Below, piece after piece: positions 9,075-18,281 of a stretch of DNA of 64,000 nucleotides. The position numbers were made by a program, and so were the translations under genes. Source of the stretch: Kiritimatiellia bacterium (GTDB lineage: Bacteria > Verrucomicrobiota > Kiritimatiellia > RFP12 > UBA1067); the NCBI GenBank assembly GCA_034003585.1, contig JAVEYH010000003.1, positions 13,523-77,522 of the forward strand, given 5' to 3'. Below the pieces are notes generated by a model that ran no database searches, had not been told where the DNA came from, and saw only the letters and a list, made by a program, of their open reading frames with translations. Within the stretch, counting starts at the first letter, position 1; every line of letters starts with the position of its first letter.

Positions 9075-10454
9075 ATGGCTAAAATCCTGATTGTCGATGA
9101 TGAGGCGCGGATCCTCATGCTGTTGCAGAGCCTGCTGAAGGCCAACGGCTATGAGGCGTCCACGGCCAAGGATGGCCATGAGGCGCTCGCGCTCCTGAAA
9201 AAGGAGGGGTTCGATCTGGTCGTCACCGACCTGCGCATGTCCCCCATGGACGGCATGACGCTCTTCCGTGAGATCAAAACCCTCTTTCCCTCCATGCCGG
9301 TGATCCTGCTGACCGCCTACGCGTCGGTCGAGACCGCGATCGAGGCGATGAAGAGCGGGGCCTTCGATTACCTGACCAAGCCCTTCAAGGTCGACGAGAT
9401 GCTCGCCACCGTGCGCCGGGCCGAAGAGCACGCCAAGACGCACACGGCCGTGGTCTCGACCGACCCCAACGCGCCGCTGCGCTACCAGTTCGAGAACCTG
9501 ATCGCCTCCAACAGCGCCATGGTGCAGGTCTGCGAGATGATCCAGCGCGTCGCGCCCACCGCGGCCACCGTGCTCATCAACGGCGAAAGCGGCACCGGCA
9601 AAGAGGTCATCGCGCGCACCATCCACAACACCAGCCTGCGCAACGACAAGCCCTGGGTCGCCATCAACTGCGCGGCGCTCCCCGAGCCGCTGCTCGAATC
9701 GGAACTCTTCGGGCACGTCAAAGGGGCTTTCACCGGCGCCCATGTCGATAAAGAGGGGCTGTTCGAGACCGCCAGCACCGGCACGCTGTTTTTGGACGAG
9801 ATCTCCTCCCTGCCCCTGGTGCTGCAGGGCAAACTGCTGCGCGTGCTGCAGGAGAAGGAGATCCGCCGCGTGGGCGGAACGAAGAACATCCCGGTCGATG
9901 TGCGGGTGATCGCCGCCAGCAACACCAACCTGGAGCAGATGGTGGTCCAGGGCAATTTCCGGGCCGACCTCTATTACCGTTTCGCGGTCATCACCCTCGA
10001 CATCCCCCCGTTGCGCGAACGGTCCGAGGACATCCTGCCGCTCGCCCGCCACTTTATCCGCATCGAGTCCGCGGGCTCCAAAACGCTGCCCAGCATCTCC
10101 AAAGAGGCCGCCGATCTGCTGCTCGCCTACAAATGGCCGGGCAACGTGCGCGAACTCGAGAATGCCATCAAGCACGCGGTGACCTTCCTGGAGGAGGATG
10201 TCATCACCCCTGAACTCCTGCCCCCGCGCATCGTCAGCCGCGCAACGGAGGCCAAATCCCAGCAGCCCCTCCAACCCGCCCTCGCCGGCAGCAGCACGTC
10301 GCTGAAAGGGTTCCTTAAACTCAAGGAGAAGGAGTATCTCGAACAGATCCTCTCTTCCACCAACGGTGACAAGGAAAAGGCGGCCCAAACCCTTCAGGTG
10401 AGCCTGGCCACGCTCTATCGGAAACTTTCCGATGAAGAGCCCGCTTCGACCTGA
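9075..10454 (+). CDS. pilR: sigma-54-dependent response regulator (receiver + AAA+ sigma-54 activator + HTH), PilR/NtrC-like
   Basis: Receiver domain with DLRM. AAA+ motifs GESGTGKE and ESELFGH, plus GAFTGA. The gene is directly upstream of the sigma-54-promoted pilin gene. Confidence 0.85.
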   Translation: MAKILIVDDEARILMLLQSLLKANGYEASTAKDGHEALALLKKEGFDLVVTDLRMSPMDGMTLFREIKTLFPSMPVILLTAYASVETAIEAMKSGAFDYLTKPFKVDEMLATVRRAEEHAKTHTAVVSTDPNAPLRYQFENLIASNSAMVQVCEMIQRVAPTAATVLINGESGTGKEVIARTIHNTSLRNDKPWVAINCAALPEPLLESELFGHVKGAFTGAHVDKEGLFETASTGTLFLDEISSLPLVLQGKLLRVLQEKEIRRVGGTKNIPVDVRVIAASNTNLEQMVVQGNFRADLYYRFAVITLDIPPLRERSEDILPLARHFIRIESAGSKTLPSISKEAADLLLAYKWPGNVRELENAIKHAVTFLEEDVITPELLPPRIVSRATEAKSQQPLQPALAGSSTSLKGFLKLKEKEYLEQILSSTNGDKEKAAQTLQVSLATLYRKLSDEEPAST

Positions 10455-10557
10455 TGTTGCGGATTTTTTGCAGTTTTGCAAAACGGACCTTTCATTTTTG
10501 AGAAAAACGGACGCTCGGCCGCTCCCGGTTGCGGCCGAACCCTTGCGTGCCACGGCT

Positions 10558-10574
10558 TTGGCACGATGTCTGCT
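10558..10574 (+). promoter_or_regulatory. sigma-54 promoter (TTGGCACG-N4-CTGCT) upstream of pilA
   Basis: Near-consensus -24 GG and -12 GC elements. It overlaps the inverted repeat GTGCCACGGCTTTGGCAC and lies about 75 nt upstream of the pilA ATG. Confidence 0.65.
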
Positions 10575-10647
10575 GAAAACCATCTCGCTACCGACAAGGT
10601 GCCGGTCGCGCAGAAAACGAGTGAGTGAGACAGTTAAGGAATAAACC

Positions 10648-10995
10648 ATGAAACAAAACCGCAAAGGTTTTACGCTTGTTGAAATCATGATCGTGGTCGC
10701 GATCATCGGCATCTTGGCCGCCATCGCCATCCCGAACTTCATCAAGTCCCGCAAAGAGTCGCAGAAGAACGCCTGCATCGCCAACCTCAAGCAGATTGAG
10801 GGCGCGATCGAGCAGGCCCGTCTGGCCGGAATCGCCGCTCCCGCGGCGAGCGATATCTTCGGCACGACCGCCTACATCAAGGTCGCCCCGACCTGCCCGT
10901 ACGGCAAGGCCACCTACGCGATCCCGACCAGCGACACCCGTCCGGTGTGCCCGAACGTGGCGTCCGTCACGGATCACGTGCTGCCCACGACCTGA
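10648..10995 (+). CDS. pilA: type IVa major pilin (prepilin with N-methylation motif)
   Basis: Leader MKQNRKG, then FTLVEIMIVVAIIGILAAIAIPNF with Glu at +5. A C-terminal Cys pair (TCPYG...VCPN) fits a D-region disulfide. Confidence 0.9.
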   Translation: MKQNRKGFTLVEIMIVVAIIGILAAIAIPNFIKSRKESQKNACIANLKQIEGAIEQARLAGIAAPAASDIFGTTAYIKVAPTCPYGKATYAIPTSDTRPVCPNVASVTDHVLPTT

Positions 10996-11040
10996 GTTCT
11001 GTGCGCGCGCGGAACAACCCGCTCGCGATACGAAACAGAA

Positions 11041-11073
11041 AGCAGATTCCCCGACGGGGGGATCTGCTTTTTC
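11041..11073 (+). terminator. rho-independent terminator after pilA
   Basis: Hairpin AGCAGATTCCCCG-ACG-GGGGGATCTGCT followed by TTTTTCG. Confidence 0.7.
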
Positions 11074-11095
11074 GTTATGGAACGTTCCGCCGCGC

Positions 11096-11151
11096 AACCC
11101 GGAACCTGAAACCCGCAACCAGAAACCCGGAACCAGAAACCAGAAACCCGA
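11096..11151. repeat. short imperfect tandem repeat (AACCAGAAACCCGG-like units, 4-5 copies) in the convergent intergenic region
   Basis: The sequence reads AACCCGGAACCTGAAACCCGCAACCAGAAACCCGGAACCAGAAACCAGAAACCCG. Confidence 0.6.
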
Positions 11152-11214
11152 TTCCGGGCGGGGGCACCTGCGCTCCCAGTGCCAAACCGCCCCGCGTTGC
11201 GGGTTGCGGGTGAC

Positions 11215-13263
11215 TCATTCGGGCTGGTAAAACCAATACCCGAAAGCCGCGTGATCCCCGTAAAGGGTGATTTGCGGCCGTTCCTGCCGCACCGCTCCGG
11301 CCGGCAGTTCGAACGACGCCTCGCAGAACATGGGCGCGGAGGCCAGGGGCGCGAGCGGCAGCGCGACCACGCCCGCGTCGGCGCCGTCCACTTTCACGCG
11401 GATCTGCAGCGGGGTGACGAACGAGAACGTCTGCCGTTTGGCGCGCACGCCGATCCGCACCTCGGTTTCCGCGCGTTCGGCGGTCCGCACGATCACGCGC
11501 ACCGGCTTGCCCGGCGTCAGTTGCGGCGTGAACTCCACCCACCCCACCACCACGCGGCCCACATCAAAGAGGGTGTTCGTGCCCATCGCGAAGGGGAGAT
11601 GGGTCACGCCGTGGTAACGGCTCTCCGCCGCAAACGCGCACCGCCTCTCATCCTCGGCATACCCCACATCCAACCGGTCCGCAAGACGCCAGCCCCGGAC
11701 TTCTTTTCCCGCCAGATGCGGCGCGCGCGCGCCGTCGAGAGGGGACCACACGGCCTGCCGCATCTGAATCTCATCCACGCCCAACGCGGCCACCGGACCG
11801 CACAGCACGGCGATGTCGGAACCGCCGAACTCGGTCTGCGCGGAGGGCAGCGCCCAGTAGTCGAACCGGCGCTCGGGATGGTGCTTGAGCCGCTCCAGAT
11901 TCGTCACGATCTCGGGGGTCATCCAATCCGGCGAATAGAGCCCGGAGAGATGAACAAACGTCCGACCCGGCATCCCGTAGGCGAGATTGCAGGCCACCCC
12001 GCCAATCCGCGCCCCCGGCGGCAACCGCGCGTGCGCCTCTTTGGCGAATTCGTAACAGGGCTGGGTGATCAGGCTGGCCGTGTGGTACATGGTGACGAGC
12101 CACGCCGCGTTCAGCGCCTGAAACGCGGCCACAATCAGCAACGGTCCCCAGCGGCAGGCCGCGGTCCGGCCCAATCCCCAGCCGAGCCGCAGGGCGCCCG
12201 CAGCGGTGTACACCAGCCACACCGGCAGCAGCCACGCCAGATACCGGTCCACATTGGTGTTCTGCCAACCGCTCGAAGCGACCACCCCCACGCCGGCCGC
12301 ACAGGCGGCCAACCACCACACCTCTTTCCAGACCCCCCCGCGCCTCCGGGACAAAGTCACCAGCCCCACCCACGCGCAAAGCGCCCCGAGCAGCGGCACA
12401 TAAAAACTCTCGCGCGGCAAGGCGTCGGGCAGACCGAGCAGCAACTCCCGCAGAATCCGCACCGTATCGCCCAGCGTCAGGTGCAGGGCCGAAAGGAAGT
12501 CATACTGCTTGGCATACCCCTTGTGGATCACCGACTGGAACTGGACGTATCCCGTGAGTCCGTAATTGAACACAAAGAGCCCGGCGGAGGAGAGGAGGCC
12601 CGTCAGCCCCGCCACCCCCTCCAACCGCGTCACCCGCTGCCGCATGCCCCACCGCTTGAACGCCAAGGCCGCGGCGAACAGCACCGAGAGGAGCACCCCT
12701 TCCGGACGGCACCACGGCGACAGGCCCAGCAGCACCGCGAAGGCAGCCATCCTCCCGCTCAGCAGGGTGAAGAGCAATCCCGAACTCAGCGCCATGAAGA
12801 GCCCGGCATCCGACTGCGACAGCGCGCTGTAGGCGGCCTGGCCGCTCAGCGCCACCAGCGCGCAGGCCGCGGCCCGGATGCGGGGGGAGCGGAGGAACCG
12901 GCCGATGATCCCGGCCCAGGCCGCGAGAAACAGCAGATAGAAGAGGGCGTTGAGCGCGAACCCCGCGGTCAGCAGGGCGTCGCCCTTTGCCCCGAGTTTG
13001 TAGAGCAGCCCCAACACGAAGGGGTAGAGGTGCGAGGTGCTGCCGGTGGAGGGGCGGTCTCCCGGCGTGTAGACGAAAGGATGGCCCTCCGCCACCCGTT
13101 GCGCGGACTGGCAATAGAGCAGGGTGTCCGGCTGGGGCACCGCCAGATGGACGCCGTCGGTCGCCAGCGAGCCGGCCACATAATAGGCGGCGACCTGCAA
13201 CAGCCCGAACACCACCATCCCCTTGACCAGATTGTTTTTGTGAATCAGGGCTTTGCTATTCAT
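11215..13263 (-). CDS. polytopic membrane protein (about 11-13 TM helices in the N-terminal 400 aa plus an approx. 280-aa C-terminal soluble domain); function unknown, GT-C-like architecture
   Basis: Hydrophobic segments run throughout residues 15-400 and the C-terminal domain is hydrophilic. It is the last gene of the minor-pilin operon. Confidence 0.75.
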   Translation of the reverse strand: MNSKALIHKNNLVKGMVVFGLLQVAAYYVAGSLATDGVHLAVPQPDTLLYCQSAQRVAEGHPFVYTPGDRPSTGSTSHLYPFVLGLLYKLGAKGDALLTAGFALNALFYLLFLAAWAGIIGRFLRSPRIRAAACALVALSGQAAYSALSQSDAGLFMALSSGLLFTLLSGRMAAFAVLLGLSPWCRPEGVLLSVLFAAALAFKRWGMRQRVTRLEGVAGLTGLLSSAGLFVFNYGLTGYVQFQSVIHKGYAKQYDFLSALHLTLGDTVRILRELLLGLPDALPRESFYVPLLGALCAWVGLVTLSRRRGGVWKEVWWLAACAAGVGVVASSGWQNTNVDRYLAWLLPVWLVYTAAGALRLGWGLGRTAACRWGPLLIVAAFQALNAAWLVTMYHTASLITQPCYEFAKEAHARLPPGARIGGVACNLAYGMPGRTFVHLSGLYSPDWMTPEIVTNLERLKHHPERRFDYWALPSAQTEFGGSDIAVLCGPVAALGVDEIQMRQAVWSPLDGARAPHLAGKEVRGWRLADRLDVGYAEDERRCAFAAESRYHGVTHLPFAMGTNTLFDVGRVVVGWVEFTPQLTPGKPVRVIVRTAERAETEVRIGVRAKRQTFSFVTPLQIRVKVDGADAGVVALPLAPLASAPMFCEASFELPAGAVRQERPQITLYGDHAAFGYWFYQPE

Positions 13264-13274
13264 CTGTGGTTCTG

Positions 13275-14417
13275 TCAGCGATACGATTCCGAAATGATTT
13301 GCGAGTCCGGCGTGTAGGATTCCGGGAGACCCGAGATCCGGCTCATGTACGCCACCAGTTGATTGACGCGCCCGACACTCTCTTCCGCCATCTTGAGCAG
13401 ATCGCGCTGCGAAGAGGTCAACACGCCCGCGCGTTCCGATTGGAGCATTCCGATCACACCGGTCGAGACGGTCAGCGGCTGCACGATCTCCTGATTGAGT
13501 TCGGCGTACCGCTCGATCAGTTCGGCGCGGGTGAGCTTCAGGCCGATGCCGCGACGGCGCGCGGCCGATTCGATGCTGGCGATGGTCTGACGGTCGTCAT
13601 CCACCTGATTGGCCAGCGAGGAGATGTGATGTTCCGAATCAACGGTCAGGGTCGAGAGCACGTGGCGGATCCGCTCCAGCGTGTCGATCACCGTCTGATG
13701 CCGCTTTTCGGCGGACGGGCCCTCGTCTTGTTCCAGCAGCGCCGCGGTTTCGCGCAACAGCGAGGCCAAGGAAGCGGACTGCTCTTTGCGTTTCGCCGCG
13801 CGCGTGTCCGGGGCGGTATGCGGCGTTTCCGGCGCATCGTCCATCGCGAGGGCTTCCGACAAGTCCAGCACAGCGACGCCTCCCGCGGCGGGCCGCGGCC
13901 GGTTCGCGGCCGCCTGGGGGTCCGCCGGCACCGGCGCGCCGGACAGGTCACCCGTTTTCTCCTCTTTCTCCCCCGCGACGCGCTGAAACGCGACCGTCAC
14001 CACCTGCACGCTCCGCAGGCCGGCCTTGCGTACCGCGCCCTCAAACCCGTTCTCCGCTGCCAGCGCGGCGGGCGGCGTGCCCAGCAGCGTCACGCAGGTC
14101 AGGAACTCGTCCAGCACCGCAGGGGCCTGAAAAAGCAACCCGCCGATCTTGTGCAGGGTCATGCGCTCCGACAGGTTCTTGCCGGCCGCCTCCGTGATCC
14201 CGTCGGAAGAGCCGTTGACCAGGAGCTGCCGCTCGTTCAGGGCGATTTCGATCACGCCGTAGGCTCTGACCGCCTGCTCCAGTTCGGTGAACACGCTACG
14301 CGCCGCATTCTGGGTCACCTTGTGGGAAGGCCCGTACACGCTGGCCTGACTGATCAGCAACCCCAACGCCCGGATCAGCAGCACCGCATCCTTTTCCGGT
14401 ATTTTCACATACGCCAT
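13275..14417 (-). CDS. hypothetical protein (start chosen at the ATG encoding MAYVKIP, preceded by GGGAGAGGG)
   Basis: Protein-like composition and tight spacing to the flanking genes. No domain was recognised. Confidence 0.6.
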   Translation of the reverse strand: MAYVKIPEKDAVLLIRALGLLISQASVYGPSHKVTQNAARSVFTELEQAVRAYGVIEIALNERQLLVNGSSDGITEAAGKNLSERMTLHKIGGLLFQAPAVLDEFLTCVTLLGTPPAALAAENGFEGAVRKAGLRSVQVVTVAFQRVAGEKEEKTGDLSGAPVPADPQAAANRPRPAAGGVAVLDLSEALAMDDAPETPHTAPDTRAAKRKEQSASLASLLRETAALLEQDEGPSAEKRHQTVIDTLERIRHVLSTLTVDSEHHISSLANQVDDDRQTIASIESAARRRGIGLKLTRAELIERYAELNQEIVQPLTVSTGVIGMLQSERAGVLTSSQRDLLKMAEESVGRVNQLVAYMSRISGLPESYTPDSQIISESYR

Positions 14418-14447
14418 GCCGGTCGCCCTCTCCCGCAATCCGCCGTC

Positions 14448-15551
14448 TTAATGCCAAGCCGTAACCACCACATTGTCCGTCTCCGTCTGCGACGGCGGCA
14501 GGTTGAATCCCTGCCCGTCCCCGGCATACAGATCCGCCGTGCCGTTACCGGTCACCCCCTGACCGACCAGGACGGCCCCGTAGATCACGGCATGGCCGTT
14601 CAGATGGAAGCTCGCGTTCGGCATGATGACCGCGCCGCGGATCACGGCATCGGCGTTGATTTTGACCTCTCCCGTACCCAGCACGATCAGGGCCGGGTAT
14701 CCGTTCTCGGCCGTCAGATCCACCCCGCTTCCCTGCAGCGAGACATCCCCCAAAAAGATGAACGTGCCGGTCCCCTGCTTGCTCCACCCGTCCGCGGATC
14801 CGGTGCAGACCGCCACGCCCCCGGGCGGCGAGGCGGGGATCTGCGACCCGCTCGCGTAAACCGCGCCGTTTTCCTCCGCAACCGCGATGAACGCGTTGAT
14901 CGCCGCATTCAGCGCCGCGCCCAAAATCTCGACCGGCGACTGGTTGGAGAGCATGGTGACCGTGCCGTCCGCTTTCTTCCACTCGACTGTGCCCGCGCTG
15001 GACACCCGCACCGCATCCACGTTCGAACTCCCCGTCAGCGTCACGTTGCCGTTGGCATGGATATCCGTCACGGTGGCCTTGAAATTGCCTTTGAGGTCCA
15101 GGACCCCGCCGACCAGCAGGTCGAAGAGCATGTCGAAATAATCGTCCGCCAACTCGTCCTCCAGCACCTTCGGCACATTCTCCACATCGGCCGAGACGCG
15201 TGCGCGGCCGATGCCGCAGACCCCCTCGGAGACCAGCCGCGCCCGCTCGCGCCCGTCCGCCGAAGCCAGCACCTCGGCCTTGACGGTATAGGTCCCGCCG
15301 CCGAAGGCCAGCGTTTCGGCAAGCCCGTTGACCTGATCGAAGTCCGTTTTCACGGCGTTATAGGCCTTGTTCAGGCCCGACTCCGCGATCAGCCGCGCCT
15401 TGAGCATCTCGCGCGTGATCTGCGTGGCGCGCATCTGCTGCGACGCCGAATAGCCCAGCATGCCCGAGACGATCATGATGATGCTGATGACCCCGAGCAC
15501 GGCCACCACCGCCGAGCCGTTCCGCTGGCCTTGCTGTTGCCCTGTTCTCAT
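14448..15551 (-). CDS. PilX-like type IV pilus minor pilin/assembly protein
   Basis: N-terminus MRTGQQQGQRNGSAVVAVLGVISIIMIVSGMLGYSAS resembles PilX_N-type hydrophobic N-termini. It sits in the operon with prepilin-like genes. Confidence 0.6.
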   Translation of the reverse strand: MRTGQQQGQRNGSAVVAVLGVISIIMIVSGMLGYSASQQMRATQITREMLKARLIAESGLNKAYNAVKTDFDQVNGLAETLAFGGGTYTVKAEVLASADGRERARLVSEGVCGIGRARVSADVENVPKVLEDELADDYFDMLFDLLVGGVLDLKGNFKATVTDIHANGNVTLTGSSNVDAVRVSSAGTVEWKKADGTVTMLSNQSPVEILGAALNAAINAFIAVAEENGAVYASGSQIPASPPGGVAVCTGSADGWSKQGTGTFIFLGDVSLQGSGVDLTAENGYPALIVLGTGEVKINADAVIRGAVIMPNASFHLNGHAVIYGAVLVGQGVTGNGTADLYAGDGQGFNLPPSQTETDNVVVTAWH

Positions 15552-15584
15552 GCCGCACCTCCCCGCGCCGCGCGCGGTCTCCGC

Positions 15585-17780
15585 CTACTTGCCGCTGTTG
15601 CGCGGCTCGACCTCCGCGGTCATCGCGGATTTCAGCCGCTCCTGCTTGGATCCGCTCATGGCCTTGACATCCTTGAAAATCTCGATCTCCATGGTCACGC
15701 CGCGCACCAAAGGCTTGTTGTCGACCTTGACCTCGAAAATGCCGCAATCCGGGCTTTTCAGCAGCTCGGCCGTCACATCCACATATTTCTCCTCGCCGTC
15801 CCAGGTGAACCGGGCCCAACGGATTCTGGGCGTGTCGCTGCGGTAAGGTCCCGCGCTGCCCAGCCCGCCGCCGCCGGGATACTGGCTGGCCGGCTGGGCG
15901 AGAAACGTCGCGCGGAACTGCACATAACGCCCGGTGTTCCCCGAGAACCCGCCGCCGCTGGAGGCCTCCGCCACGTTCTCCCAGGACGGGGCGTCCGCGA
16001 TGACGAACCCGTCGTCGGTCAGGGTGTCGCCCGAGCGCGCGAACATCGCGAGGTCCGCGCCGGCCGGCACGTCCGCCTCCCACGCGAAGGTTTTGGCCGC
16101 GCCGGCCGCGCTCTTCGTGTCGTACGGGTGCGAGACGTACTCCCCGCCGTCCGCATAATTCACTGCCGCGAACTCCAGCGTGGGCACGAAGGGTTTGAGT
16201 TCGAGTCCTGCGATTCCCTGCCAGTTGAACACACCCAGCAGATTCGTCCCGCCCGCGGGAATCACCCAGCAGCCGGGGATGCGCACGCCGGGCTTGTCAT
16301 AGCGCACCACATCGAAGCGCGTGAAGCTGTCATCCGGCGCGGTGACGGTCGTCCGGAACTGCAGCATCAGCGTGCTGCCCATGGGGATCCGAATCAGCTC
16401 CGCCGGCCGCAGTTCCAGAAAGCTCTGTTTGGCGCAAGCGGCCCAATCCGTCTTTTTCGCCCCGTTTTGCCAAAACTCCAGGGAAATCTGCGCCTCCGGG
16501 TCGAGCTTGGGCAGCAGGTTGCTGTTGTAATCGGCGGGCACATCCTGCAGCGCCACCACCGCGAACGAGGGGTCCAGCACCTGCAGTCCGCCGTTGTACA
16601 GCGACTTGTAGAGCCGGAAGACCGGTCCGTAGCCGTCCTTCTTCAGCCCGTAGAGGACCGGCTCGCCCGATGCGGCGCTCCGGTTCGGGTCCGCCATGAC
16701 GGGGATCCGGATCACGCAGTTGGTCAACGGCCTGAAATAATCGTTGCGGTAGTGGCCGGTCTGCTCCGCACAGGTCCAGTTCTTCTCCGTGCCGAACTGG
16801 CCGTCGATGCGGGCCGCATAGGTTCCCTCCGCGAATCCCGAGGGAGGGCTGACGGCATCGAACCGCACCACGGTGTTCGAGAAGGCGACATTCCGGCCCT
16901 CGCCGATGAACTCGTACTCCTCGATGGCGTCGTTGCGCACCTTGACATGAAGCGTGTCGCCGATCCCCGCGGCGGTCGCGGCAAGCCCGTAGGCCGCGCC
17001 GGCCTTGTTCTGTCCCACGTGATAGGGCGCGGCCGCGGCGCCGGAAGTCGTGCGCCACTCGGCCTCCTGCGGCCAGCCGCTCACACTGGCCAGGATCCGG
17101 TCGAGGCGCAGGGCCCGGGAGGTCGCGGCGTTGTTCTTGCCCTTGACGGTAAAGCTCACCGTGTGCTCACCGGGGCCGAGCGGGAGGCTGCCGAAGGTGA
17201 CGCGCTCGCGCGTGTTTGCGGCCGGCGCATAGCCGTCGAACTGCGCCGACGCGTGCCAGAGCTTGCCGGTGAAGAGGTTCTCGAACATCACGATGGTCGA
17301 GGCGTTCTCGCCCGCGAGGCAGGCGGACGCGCCGTTGCCCGCGGCCACCACCGCGGCGATCTGGCCGTAGCGGTCCGCATACAGCGCATTCGGGTTGCGG
17401 TTGGCGAAGACCGTGCGCCGCATCTGATGGGGCGAGTGGTTCCAGACGTGGTAGACCACGCTTTCGCGCCAGAGGATGTTGGTGCCGCCCTCGCTCATCT
17501 CCACCGGTCCGTTGGTGCCGGAGCCGGCCAGGGCGAACCCCACCGCCTGATAGGGCTCCTGGTTCTCCGGGTAGAAGATCACCGTCTCGCGGGCGGTGTT
17601 GCGCAACTCATGGCGGAACCGTTCGATCACCTTGCGCGCGTCCATGTCCAGCGACGCCTGGGTGCTGACCCGGTTGGACTTGTACATGAACAGCAGCCAG
17701 GACGACAGGGTCATGCCCATGACCAGGCTGAACACCGCGACCGCGAAGATCGTCTCCAGTAATGTGAATCCTTTGCGCAT
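15585..17780 (-). CDS. large (731 aa) prepilin-like protein, a PilW/PilY1-like giant minor pilin
   Basis: The start was chosen at the internal ATG, giving MRKG|FTLLETIFAVAVFSLVMGM, a class III signal with Glu at +5, followed by a long extracellular domain. Confidence 0.75.
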   Translation of the reverse strand: MRKGFTLLETIFAVAVFSLVMGMTLSSWLLFMYKSNRVSTQASLDMDARKVIERFRHELRNTARETVIFYPENQEPYQAVGFALAGSGTNGPVEMSEGGTNILWRESVVYHVWNHSPHQMRRTVFANRNPNALYADRYGQIAAVVAAGNGASACLAGENASTIVMFENLFTGKLWHASAQFDGYAPAANTRERVTFGSLPLGPGEHTVSFTVKGKNNAATSRALRLDRILASVSGWPQEAEWRTTSGAAAAPYHVGQNKAGAAYGLAATAAGIGDTLHVKVRNDAIEEYEFIGEGRNVAFSNTVVRFDAVSPPSGFAEGTYAARIDGQFGTEKNWTCAEQTGHYRNDYFRPLTNCVIRIPVMADPNRSAASGEPVLYGLKKDGYGPVFRLYKSLYNGGLQVLDPSFAVVALQDVPADYNSNLLPKLDPEAQISLEFWQNGAKKTDWAACAKQSFLELRPAELIRIPMGSTLMLQFRTTVTAPDDSFTRFDVVRYDKPGVRIPGCWVIPAGGTNLLGVFNWQGIAGLELKPFVPTLEFAAVNYADGGEYVSHPYDTKSAAGAAKTFAWEADVPAGADLAMFARSGDTLTDDGFVIADAPSWENVAEASSGGGFSGNTGRYVQFRATFLAQPASQYPGGGGLGSAGPYRSDTPRIRWARFTWDGEEKYVDVTAELLKSPDCGIFEVKVDNKPLVRGVTMEIEIFKDVKAMSGSKQERLKSAMTAEVEPRNSGK

Positions 17781-17794
17781 CGCGCACCTCGCAT

Positions 17795-18271
17795 CTAAGG
17801 CGTCCGTTTCAGCTCCTCGGTGAACAGGTAGTCCATCCGCTCGCAATCCCGGTCATCGAACCGGCAGATGAACTTCCCGGTTTTGATCGGATGGAACACT
17901 TTGCGCCAACCCCAGCGGGAGCAGGTGCAGATATGGGTTGTGACCGTCATATGCGTCAGGTTGGTGGTCGGTGAATTCACGGTCACCTCTGTCTTCCGGA
18001 GGAAACGGCCGGCGGGATCCGCCGCGTTGCCGAAATCATCCACCCGCGTGCCGAGCTCGCGGTACAGGTGCAGATCCGCGTACGGCACCCCGCGCGCCCG
18101 TTCGATCCGGCCTTGGGAGAGCGATGCGGCCACATAATGGTCCCGCGCCATCTGGAAACGCGAGATCATCTGGTCGACCAAAGGGAACGCCGCCGTCAGG
18201 ATGATGACCAGCAGACCCATCGCCACCATCAGTTCGACCACCGTCATGCCGCGCTGCCCTGTTCTGCTCAT
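17795..18271 (-). CDS. PilV/FimU-like minor pilin
   Basis: MSRTGQRG|MTVVELMVAMGLLVIILTAAFP is a prepilin-type N-terminus with Glu at +5. The start was chosen at the internal ATG. Confidence 0.7.
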   Translation of the reverse strand: MSRTGQRGMTVVELMVAMGLLVIILTAAFPLVDQMISRFQMARDHYVAASLSQGRIERARGVPYADLHLYRELGTRVDDFGNAADPAGRFLRKTEVTVNSPTTNLTHMTVTTHICTCSRWGWRKVFHPIKTGKFICRFDDRDCERMDYLFTEELKRTP

Positions 18272-18281
18272 AACACCCCCG

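Noticed and set aside
10796-11230. 144-aa and 88-aa plus-strand ORFs covering the pilA terminator and microsatellite
   Set aside because: They are translations of repeat DNA (RNPEPETRNQKP...). They overlap a strong intrinsic terminator and convergent gene ends.
13266-17762. 1498-aa plus-strand ORF spanning four minus-strand genes
   Set aside because: It runs antisense across several independently supported genes (prepilin-like N-termini, PilX-like). Its composition is extreme (R/G/H/D-rich). This is a stop-codon-free artefact.
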